This document shows positions 23,929-31,358 of a DNA stretch of 33,047 nt, in pieces. The stretch covers positions 1 through 33,047 of the forward strand of contig CAZNRO010000006.1 in the NCBI GenBank assembly GCA_964575745.1. The letters run 5' to 3'. This stretch comes from an uncultured Caldisericota bacterium. Its GTDB lineage: Bacteria; Caldisericota; Caldisericia; B22-G15. Made by a program: the position numbers and the translations under genes. Numbering within the stretch: the stretch's first letter is position 1; each line of letters starts with the position of its first letter. The notes below the pieces were generated by a model. The model was not told the DNA's origin. It worked only from the letters and a program-made list of their open reading frames with translations, and made no database searches.

Positions 23929-25417
23929 TTATTACCTCCTTAAACAGCTTTTTCTTTATGTTTACAAAAGCTTTTATAGTAGATTTCCACATACCTTCAT
24001 CTATATTATAGTTTGAATATCTGGAAATGACAAAGTTTTCTGTAATTAGTTCCATCTCTTTTGAGATGATAGGTTTCTCTTTAAGCACCTTCTCCTTGTA
24101 TTCTAAAGGTGTTTCGTATAGGTTTTTTCCAACAATCACCCTTAACTTATGTATAAGCAATTTGTAGAGTTTAATTATTCTTTCTCTTGGATTTCCTGAT
24201 AGATTCTCCTCCAACTCCCCTGACGGAGTTATTCTGAATTCACTGGATATAATACTTTCTCTTTTTGCCTTATCTCCAAATGCCTCTTTATACAGGTGAA
24301 GAATAAGGATTATTATCATTATAGAGACAAGAATAGATATTGTGATTATAGAAGCAATCACAAAGATATCAATGGATGTTGATTTAATCTCAGGCACCCC
24401 CACTCCTTTAAGAAATTTATTTACATACTTTGAAAACCCAAATGTAGTACCTGTTCCTCCGAAAGTTTTCCTTCTTGCAAGTTTTGATATGAAATCAACA
24501 AGCTTAGTAAATGGAATGTATGATAGGTACAAAAGTATAAAAAATCCAAAAGACCCTATAACGGAAGTAAGAAAGATAAGTAAAGCTTTCTTCCTTCCGA
24601 CCATATTTTTAATGTTCTTGTATGTAAGAACGAGTATTAAGACAAGAAAAACGATGAGGCCAAAGAGAGTAATTACATATATGTAGTTAAGCGCAAAGGA
24701 GATAACTTTCCTTGCCATTTCTCCAATGGATACTCTATGAATTGATGGCTTTACCTCCCCTTCCCCCTCACTGGGTGGATTTTCATAGGTTGGATTTTCA
24801 CCTATTTTGTTTTCAGGGGTAATTGTTAAGATAGATTTGGGGATTGGTATGCTTTTTACCCTTGGTAAAGCAAGAAATAGGGGAGAAATAGCAATTAAAA
24901 GAGCAAAGATAATAATTATACCTTTCTTATACTTCTCTCTTATTAAAAACCTGTTTTCCCACAGGGAAAGGTTTTTCTCCCTTGTATGCTTTACGAAGAG
25001 AGAAAATAGAATGGTGATGAAACCAAGAAGACCAATGTATATGTTGAACTTGCCCGCTGTCTCTGAAAGATACACTGCCACTGAGAGAAAAATTATTGAA
25101 AGTGTCATAGGGAAGTATGAATTAATAGAAATCAGAAGGATTATGAGTAGAATTGTGAAAAGGACAACGAGAGAAAAGTTGGTGAAAGAGTTCACAGGAA
25201 TCAAATATAGAATTAATAAGAAACAGGGAATAAAAATCAGTGTCGAAAGTAAAGATAGTTTTTTTCTATCTACTACAAACAAAAGGAAGAGTGGAAGAAT
25301 GGATACAATGTAGAGAAGCGGCTTGTTGAAAATGGTATAGGAAAAAACCATTAAAGCCACAGATAAAGGCACAACTCTTGGCAATTTAGATGTAAGTAAA
25401 TCTTTCAATGGAATCAT
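23918..25417 (-). CDS. Polytopic membrane protein with a C-terminal DUF4129-like domain (no transglutaminase core)
   Basis: 499 aa. Multiple TM helices. The C-terminus PRERIIKLYKLLIHKL...YETPLEYKEKV...ENFVISRYSNYNIDE fits the DUF4129 pattern (TPxEY ... aRYs). It has only one Cys, so a Cys-His-Asp transglutaminase triad is unlikely. Confidence 0.75.
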   Translation of the reverse strand: MIPLKDLLTSKLPRVVPLSVALMVFSYTIFNKPLLYIVSILPLFLLFVVDRKKLSLLSTLIFIPCFLLILYLIPVNSFTNFSLVVLFTILLIILLISINSYFPMTLSIIFLSVAVYLSETAGKFNIYIGLLGFITILFSLFVKHTREKNLSLWENRFLIREKYKKGIIIIFALLIAISPLFLALPRVKSIPIPKSILTITPENKIGENPTYENPPSEGEGEVKPSIHRVSIGEMARKVISFALNYIYVITLFGLIVFLVLILVLTYKNIKNMVGRKKALLIFLTSVIGSFGFFILLYLSYIPFTKLVDFISKLARRKTFGGTGTTFGFSKYVNKFLKGVGVPEIKSTSIDIFVIASIITISILVSIMIIILILHLYKEAFGDKAKRESIISSEFRITPSGELEENLSGNPRERIIKLYKLLIHKLRVIVGKNLYETPLEYKEKVLKEKPIISKEMELITENFVISRYSNYNIDEGMWKSTIKAFVNIKKKLFKEVINGG

Positions 25418-26606
25418 TTCCTCTAATTATCATTATGTTTATTCTTTCTCTTTTAATATTTTCCTGTATCCTTCTTATTCTGTCAATCTCTGGTGTTTCT
25501 CTTGGCTGGTATGGGTGAGGTTTCTCCCATGGGAATAGAAAACCAAAGTCAGGGATAAGGACTATGGAAACAAAAGTGGATGGATTCTTCATTTTCATTA
25601 AATCAAGAAGTTCGCTAACACCCATTGTTCTTTTTATTAGAATTATATTTTTTAACTTTCTTAGTGTGGACCAATTTTTTCTAAGACACTCTGTGAATTT
25701 TGTATTCTTTATATCCTCAAAAGAAGATATCTCTCTTAACAACCTTATAAGATGTTCCTTCCCGTTTGCTTCAGGAATTCTTTCCTTTCCAATAATCCAT
25801 AGTCCGTATCTAAACTTTACAAACTCAAAATAGTTGAAAAGAGATGCCGTTATTGTGGATATGTGATTTAAGAATATCTCTTCGTTCCTTTTATCCCTCG
25901 TGGCAAAGGGTTCAATAAGCACAGTTATGGTTGTTATGGCAGTTGGTGGAAATTCCTTCACCATGAGTTCTCCAGTGTGCGCAGAGATCTTCCAGTGAAT
26001 TTTCTTTAAATCCTCATTTCCAGAATACTCTCTAACCCCCACAGGAGATGTGTAATCTTCAAATATCTTCTCTTTTACCCTGATTCCAAAGGATGGTTCT
26101 TTAACAGGAATTCTTGGTCTTGAAATTTTTATAATTCTTGGAAATACATACACCTCTTCCTCATCTCCAATTAGTTTTTCCTCTCTTACAAGTCCAAGGG
26201 GATCGTATGTCCTTATCTTTACCCTACCAAGTATGTATTTCCCCCTTCTTTTGGCAACAAGCTCAGTCTCAAATTCATCTTTTTTGTTAAAAATAGGGGA
26301 GAAGGTGAGGTTTCTTTTTCCTTTTGATATAAAAAATACTGGAGTTTGAGGAAGGATTTCAACGACAGGAAGGAATGAGAAGGTTTGAACCTGAAACTTT
26401 AATGTGATTTTACTTCCCTCAATCACATTGGACGAACTTATCCTCATCTTTACTCCCACATTTTCAAGCCCTCTTTTAAGGAGAATCTTTAGAAACAATA
26501 TGTATGCTATAAAGAATAAACTCACGGAGAATAAAAAGTGTGATTTTATAAAGATAGAGAGAATGAGTAGAAGAATTAGTAGTATTTCTTTTCTATATCT
26601 TCTCAT
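25386..26606 (-). CDS. DUF58 family protein (vWA-like partner of MoxR)
   Basis: About 406 aa. Two N-terminal TM helices, and the DUF58 signature VREYSGNEDLKKIHWKISAHTGELMVKEF. ATG at 26606 (a TTG at 26609 is also possible). Overlaps the moxR stop. Confidence 0.85.
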   Translation of the reverse strand: MRRYRKEILLILLLILSIFIKSHFLFSVSLFFIAYILFLKILLKRGLENVGVKMRISSSNVIEGSKITLKFQVQTFSFLPVVEILPQTPVFFISKGKRNLTFSPIFNKKDEFETELVAKRRGKYILGRVKIRTYDPLGLVREEKLIGDEEEVYVFPRIIKISRPRIPVKEPSFGIRVKEKIFEDYTSPVGVREYSGNEDLKKIHWKISAHTGELMVKEFPPTAITTITVLIEPFATRDKRNEEIFLNHISTITASLFNYFEFVKFRYGLWIIGKERIPEANGKEHLIRLLREISSFEDIKNTKFTECLRKNWSTLRKLKNIILIKRTMGVSELLDLMKMKNPSTFVSIVLIPDFGFLFPWEKPHPYQPRETPEIDRIRRIQENIKRERINIMIIRGNDSIERFTYI

Positions 26607-27528
26607 CAATGGGAACTTTCACCCTTAGTAAGGCTTCCTCAATGACTTTTTCTTCTGTTATACCTTTAAGCTTTGCTTCAGGTTTGAGGATCACCCTGTG
26701 GTTAAATACAGGGATTATAAGGTCCTTTACATCATCAGGTATAATGAAGTCCCTTGAGGAAAGAAGTGCTTTAGCCTGGGAAACTCTCATGAGGAAGAGG
26801 AGACTCCTTGGAGATGGTCCAAGGTAGACATTCTCATTCTTTCTTATCTCGTTTCCCAGTTCAACAATGTAGTTTTTGATTCCGTCATCAACAAAAATAT
26901 TGATGACTTCCTTTTTTAAGGATAGTATATCTTCTGGTTCAAGAACACCACCGATTATATTAATAGGGTGTTCCTTCTCAAGTCTGTCAAGCATCTCCTT
27001 TTCCATAAGGGGTTCAGGGTATCCTATTCTTATTCTCATAAGAAACCTGTCCAGTTGAGCTTCAGGAAGTGGGAAGGTCCCTTCGTACTCAATGGGATTC
27101 TCAGTTCCTATTACAAAAAATGGCTCTGGTAGAGTATGGGTTATTCCATCAACTGTCACCTGTCTCTCCTCCATAGCTTCAAGGAGAGCAGATTGGGTCT
27201 TTGGCGTTCCTCTGTTTATCTCATCGGCAAGAAGAATGTTTGTAAAAATTGGACCTTCCCTGAATTTAAATTTCTTTTCCTTCTCATCCCAGACAGACAC
27301 ACCGATTATGTCAGATGGCAGTAAGTCTGGTGTAAACTGGATTCTCTTGAAACTAAGATTTATGCTTTTAGAGAGTGCCCTTGCAAGCATGGTTTTACCA
27401 ACTCCAGGCACATCCTCAATGAGGATATGGCCATCTGCAAGAAGTGCAAGGACAACTCTCTCTACTGCTTTTCTTTTCCCAACGATTACCCTTTCAATGT
27501 TTTCAATTAAAACTTCTATTTTCTTCAC
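26593..27528 (-). CDS. MoxR-family AAA+ ATPase
   Basis: 311 aa. GTG start 5 nt after an AAGGAG SD. GHILIEDVPGVGKT (Walker A), LLADEINR (Walker B), and the typical MoxR C-terminal lid. Confidence 0.93.
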   Translation of the reverse strand: MKKIEVLIENIERVIVGKRKAVERVVLALLADGHILIEDVPGVGKTMLARALSKSINLSFKRIQFTPDLLPSDIIGVSVWDEKEKKFKFREGPIFTNILLADEINRGTPKTQSALLEAMEERQVTVDGITHTLPEPFFVIGTENPIEYEGTFPLPEAQLDRFLMRIRIGYPEPLMEKEMLDRLEKEHPINIIGGVLEPEDILSLKKEVINIFVDDGIKNYIVELGNEIRKNENVYLGPSPRSLLFLMRVSQAKALLSSRDFIIPDDVKDLIIPVFNHRVILKPEAKLKGITEEKVIEEALLRVKVPIDEKI

Positions 27529-28379
27529 TTGTTCTCCTTCTGCTTCGGAGATATTGGAAGTGGTATGTATTGAACTGATGGCCTTCCTATGCCAGATTGC
27601 GGATAAAGACTCATCAAGGCATAAACCTCCTCTGGCATGTCTGTGCTCACCTTGAGCCCGAGCTCCTTAATCTTTTCGTAAGTTAAGGGGTAATCATGTG
27701 TCCATTTTCCACTTGAGAGATTTTCTGCTATCTCCTCTGCCTTCTCTTTAGTTAATACTCCCTCCTCAACCTTATCAGAGAGAAGCTCAATGGCAAACTC
27801 CTTTACCTGCTTTATTGCCTTCTCTGAAACATCAGCAAGGATTAAGGTTTCATCATCAACCTTGTTTATATCCTTCTTCTTCACCACATTCAGTATTGAA
27901 ACGGCAGGGTATGTACCAATCTGTGGATCAATTGGTCCAAGAACTGCATTTTTATCCATCACGATTTCGTCAGCAGCAAGCGCAATGAGTGTTCCACCAC
28001 TCATTGCATAGTGAGGAATAAACACTGTGACTTTCCCCTTTCTTCTTGCAAGGGACCTTGCAATTTGCTCTGCTGCAAGAACAAGTCCTCCAGGGGTGTG
28101 AAGAATCAAATCAATAGGAACATCATCAGGAGTTATCCTTATAGCTCTCAAGATTTCCTCTGAGTCTTCAATGTCTATCATTTTTCTGAAGGGAATTCCA
28201 AAGAATGAGAGAGATTCCTGTCTGTGAATTAAGGTTATGACCCTTGATTTTCTCTTGTTCTGAAACTTTGCAATAAGTTTTATTCTCTGTAGTTCAACTT
28301 CCCTCTTGTGAAATGCAGGGTAAAAGACAGATAGAAGAATTATTATCCAGAATATAAAAGAAAGATAATCCATCGTCAT
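27525..28379 (-). CDS. Membrane-anchored ClpP-fold serine protease (SDH_sah / DUF114, S49-related)
   Basis: 284 aa. N-terminal TM segment (FIFWIIILLSVFYPAF), then IDLILHTPGGLVLAAEQIARSL...IPHYAMSGGTLIALAADEIVM...LGPIDPQ. Confidence 0.8.
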   Translation of the reverse strand: MTMDYLSFIFWIIILLSVFYPAFHKREVELQRIKLIAKFQNKRKSRVITLIHRQESLSFFGIPFRKMIDIEDSEEILRAIRITPDDVPIDLILHTPGGLVLAAEQIARSLARRKGKVTVFIPHYAMSGGTLIALAADEIVMDKNAVLGPIDPQIGTYPAVSILNVVKKKDINKVDDETLILADVSEKAIKQVKEFAIELLSDKVEEGVLTKEKAEEIAENLSSGKWTHDYPLTYEKIKELGLKVSTDMPEEVYALMSLYPQSGIGRPSVQYIPLPISPKQKENK

Positions 28380-29548
28380 TTCAATCTCTTAAAAGCTTCC
28401 CTCATCTTTTCAAGCCCCTTCCTTATGTTATCTTTGCTTGTTGCATATGAGAACCTGAGATAACCCTCTCCGTATTCACCAAATGCTGTGCCGGGAAGAG
28501 CAGCTACTCCTGCTTCGTTTAAGAGGAAATCCGCCACCTCTTTGGATGTCTTTCCAAAACTCTTTATGTTTGGAAATACATAGAAAGCTCCTTTTGGAAG
28601 CTTGCAGGAAACACCAGGTATCTCATTCAAACCCTCAACAAATATATCTCTTCTTTCGTTAAACTCTTTTACCATAACAGAGACTTCATCCTGTGGCCCG
28701 GTCAATGCCTCAATCCCAGCCATCTGAACAAAAGAAGTTGGACAGGAGTAAACATTTATTGCATACTTGGACAGCATGTCAATAATTTCTGGTCTTGCCA
28801 CAGCATATCCGAGTCTCCATCCTGTCATGGCGTAGGTCTTGGAGAATCCATCCACAAGAATTACCCTATTCCTTATCTTTTCAACAACCGTTATGGATAC
28901 AAACTCTCCTTCATAAAGAATCCTTGAATATATCTCATCTGAGAGTATGTATATCTCCCTATCACCGATTATTTCAGCAATACCTTCAAAGTCCTCTCTT
29001 GTGAGGACTCCCCCTGTCGGATTCTGAGGAGAGTTAAGAACTATCACTCTCGTTTTATCTGTGATTCTTTTCTCAAGGTCATCAAGGGAGAATCTAAAGT
29101 CCTTTTCCTCAAGGAGCGGAAGAGGAACTGGTTTTCCTTCGGCAAGTAAAGTTGCAGCGTTGTAGATTGGATAGCCCGGATCAGGATAAATTACTTCTTC
29201 ACCAGGGTTAACGAGGGATAGAATTGAGAATGTTATGGCTGGTTTTGCACCAACAGTTACTATCACCTGTTCTGGTTTTACATCAAAGCCTCTCGTCTTT
29301 GATACATAATCTGCAATTGCTTTTCTTGTCTCCATAAGTCCCGATGAGGGGGTGTAATGGGTGTAGCCATTTTTAAGTGCATCAATGGCTGCATTCTTTA
29401 TATTTCTTGGTGTGTCAAAGTCGGGTTCTCCTATCTCAAAATGGAGAATCTCCCTCCCCTCTGCCTCAAGTTTCTTAGCCTTTGCAAGAACCTCAAAGGC
29501 TCCTTCTGTTCCCATTGTTTTGGTTCTTTCAGCAAATTTGACCTCCAT
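28376..29548 (-). CDS. Class I pyridoxal-phosphate aminotransferase (aspartate aminotransferase-like)
   Basis: 390 aa from ATG 29548, preceded by AAGGAGGTAAAA. SKTYAMTGWRLGY (PLP-lysine motif) and NPTG. The longer ORF-track start at 29734 is rejected. Confidence 0.92.
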   Translation of the reverse strand: MEVKFAERTKTMGTEGAFEVLAKAKKLEAEGREILHFEIGEPDFDTPRNIKNAAIDALKNGYTHYTPSSGLMETRKAIADYVSKTRGFDVKPEQVIVTVGAKPAITFSILSLVNPGEEVIYPDPGYPIYNAATLLAEGKPVPLPLLEEKDFRFSLDDLEKRITDKTRVIVLNSPQNPTGGVLTREDFEGIAEIIGDREIYILSDEIYSRILYEGEFVSITVVEKIRNRVILVDGFSKTYAMTGWRLGYAVARPEIIDMLSKYAINVYSCPTSFVQMAGIEALTGPQDEVSVMVKEFNERRDIFVEGLNEIPGVSCKLPKGAFYVFPNIKSFGKTSKEVADFLLNEAGVAALPGTAFGEYGEGYLRFSYATSKDNIRKGLEKMREAFKRLK

Positions 29549-29578
29549 TTTTACCTCCTTGACCATTGTCTCAAGGGA

Positions 29579-29584
29579 ATTATA
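29579..29584 (-). promoter_or_regulatory. Putative -10 box (TATAAT) for the aminotransferase-led operon
   Basis: On the minus strand, TATAAT runs from 29584 down to 29579, about 30 nt upstream of ATG 29548. A -35-like TTATCA (29607 down to 29602) overlaps the ftsY -10 box on the opposite strand. Confidence 0.4.
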
Positions 29585-29601
29585 CAACAAAAAAGTTTTT
29601 A

Positions 29602-29610
29602 TGATAAGAT
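29602..29610 (+). promoter_or_regulatory. Extended -10 promoter TGATAAGAT, 8 nt upstream of the ftsY ATG (leaderless or near-leaderless)
   Basis: TGATAAGAT at 29602-29610, then TTTCTTGT, then ATG 29619. There is no SD. The 10-mer TTCTTGTATG is shared with the M20 start region. Confidence 0.45.
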
Positions 29611-29618
29611 TTTCTTGT

Positions 29619-30440
29619 ATGAAACTATTTAAGTTTCTCTCCTTTATAAAAGAGAAAAAGGAACTGATAGCTGATTTTGAGGAATACCTCCTCCTTTCAG
29701 GTTTTGGTATCTCCTTTTCAGAAGAGATTATCAAGGTCTTTAAGAAAAAAGGAGAAAAGGGTGTAAGAGAATTTCTTATAAATTCAATAAAAGATGCAAG
29801 TAAAGAACTTTCAAGGGATGATTTTTCAATTTATCTATTCTCTGGAGTGAATGGAAGCGGTAAGACAACTTGTATAGCTAAAATTGGGAATATGTTTAAG
29901 AAGGAGGGAGAGAAAGTTCTCTTTATCTCAGGTGATACCTTCAGGGCAGGAGCCACAGAGCAACTCACTATCTGGGGAGAGAAACTAAACATAGATGTTT
30001 TCTCTGGTAAGAAAGGAGCAGATCCAGCAAGTGTAGTTTATGATGGTGTTGTTTATGGAAGAAATAGAAATTTTACAAAGATACTTGTGGATACAGCAGG
30101 GAGACTTCAGAACAAGAAAAATCTTATGAAGGAGCTTGAAAAAATAAGAAGAGTTATTGAGAAACTTTCTAAAGTTACAGAATCAATACTTGTTCTTGAT
30201 TCCACAGACGGAGAGAATCTGTACTCTCAGGTGGAGAATTTTAAAGAGGTCTCAAAAGTATCATCTCTTTTTATTACAAAGCTTGATTCAACAATCAAAC
30301 CCGGTGTAATAATCCCAATATATGTAAAGTACAAAATTCCAATAGCGTATCTATTTACAGGGGAAGGTGTTGATGATTTCTCTCCTTTTGACCCAGTTGA
30401 ATTTGTAAACTCAATTCTAAATCCTTACTTTTCATCTTAG
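29619..30440 (+). CDS. ftsY: Signal recognition particle receptor FtsY (short NG-only form)
   Basis: 273 aa from ATG 29619 (ATG 29601 is also possible). GVNGSGKTT, SGDTFRAGATEQL, DTAGRLQNKKNLMKEL, ITKLD. The upstream part of the track ORF is antisense to the aminotransferase gene. Confidence 0.9.
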   Translation: MKLFKFLSFIKEKKELIADFEEYLLLSGFGISFSEEIIKVFKKKGEKGVREFLINSIKDASKELSRDDFSIYLFSGVNGSGKTTCIAKIGNMFKKEGEKVLFISGDTFRAGATEQLTIWGEKLNIDVFSGKKGADPASVVYDGVVYGRNRNFTKILVDTAGRLQNKKNLMKELEKIRRVIEKLSKVTESILVLDSTDGENLYSQVENFKEVSKVSSLFITKLDSTIKPGVIIPIYVKYKIPIAYLFTGEGVDDFSPFDPVEFVNSILNPYFSS

Positions 30441-31346
30441 GCTTATAAGGAATATCGAGAGAATTGCAAGTACTATTGCAAATATTTTAACTTTGGAGAG
30501 ATACTCCTTGAATATCAGAACCCCCCAAATATTTAAGATAAAAATGGTCATAGCACTAAATAGGGGAAAAGCCACAGAGGATTTTATTATTGAGAACGAG
30601 AGAATCATGAGAGAGTTTTGAAAGAGATTTGAGAGACCAACAAGGAAGCCTACTATTACCTCTCCCCATTTTATTTTAGCTCTACTTTTAACAAGTATGG
30701 ATATGCCAATTAAAGAAGCTACGAAAAAAACCACGAGAAGGAATATGCTCCTGTACTCCACAATTCCATACTTTTGATAGAGTTTGTTTAAAAATTGGGA
30801 TGTTCCACCTGTTATGTAAAAAAGGTAGAGGGAGGAATGTAGTTTCCTCTTTAGTTCCTTTATAGAGGAGAGGGAGAAAAGTACTATAGAGAATACTGCA
30901 AGGGCTATGCCAAACCACTGCCACATGTTTGGAATCTCAAGCCATAAGATCATGGAAAGAGCCATAGGGATAAGAACATTTAAAGACCTTACGGTTCCTG
31001 TGGTGGCAACTCCATTTTCCTTAACACTTTTCTGGTAGAATATAAAAGCCACAAAGAAAAAAATTCCTGCAATAATCCCAACAATTATAGCCCAGACGAT
31101 GCTGGACCCGGGAGAGAGAATTTCACCGGTTTTTAATACGTCGCTAAACTCCTTTAGGAAAATTTCGGGATTTATTTCTTTTGTCGGAAAAATTCCCTTT
31201 GATATGACGATTATTAAACTTATAAAGAATCCTGCAATGTAATTAATTGTTGCTACAATGAAGCGATTAAACCCTTTTGACTCACTATATTTGAATAAAA
31301 TAGCAATAGAGGCACTTAAACAAGAAGCAAGAATTAAGAATACCAT
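30432..31346 (-). CDS. 10-TM integral membrane protein, DMT/EamA-like transporter (assignment tentative)
   Basis: 304 aa. Two halves of about five TM helices each. The C-terminal helix pattern SSVAFPLFSAMTIFILNIWGVLIFKEYLS is EamA-like. Confidence 0.7.
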   Translation of the reverse strand: MVFLILASCLSASIAILFKYSESKGFNRFIVATINYIAGFFISLIIVISKGIFPTKEINPEIFLKEFSDVLKTGEILSPGSSIVWAIIVGIIAGIFFFVAFIFYQKSVKENGVATTGTVRSLNVLIPMALSMILWLEIPNMWQWFGIALAVFSIVLFSLSSIKELKRKLHSSLYLFYITGGTSQFLNKLYQKYGIVEYRSIFLLVVFFVASLIGISILVKSRAKIKWGEVIVGFLVGLSNLFQNSLMILSFSIIKSSVAFPLFSAMTIFILNIWGVLIFKEYLSKVKIFAIVLAILSIFLISLR

Positions 31347-31352
31347 GATGAA

Positions 31353-31358
31353 ATTATA
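31353..31358 (-). promoter_or_regulatory. TATAAT box 6 nt upstream of the DMT-like gene ATG (possible internal, leaderless promoter)
   Basis: Minus strand reads TAG(polX stop)-TATAAT-TTCATC-ATG(31346). There is no SD. Confidence 0.35.

Noticed and set aside
27092-27655. A 187-aa ORF on the plus strand, antisense to moxR. Similar long antisense ORFs occur at 24807-25313, 31258-31764, 20967-21362, 12097-12432, 15657-16016, 4509-4913 and 6144-6503.
   Set aside because: They are shadow ORFs of purine-rich (GAA/AAG-rich) coding strands. Their translations are S/F/L/P-rich low-complexity sequence with no SD and no recognisable motifs, and the opposite strand carries confidently identified genes.
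29385-29618. The upstream part of the 351-aa plus-strand ORF that contains ftsY.
   Set aside because: It is antisense to the aminotransferase N-terminus and has no FtsY-like sequence. FtsY similarity begins after ATG 29619.
29549-29734. An N-terminal extension of 62 codons on the aminotransferase ORF (track start at 29734).
   Set aside because: A perfect AAGGAGGTAAAA SD precedes ATG 29548, and family-typical sequence (MEVKFAERTKTMGTEGAF) begins there. The extension is antisense to the ftsY start and would remove the divergent promoter region.
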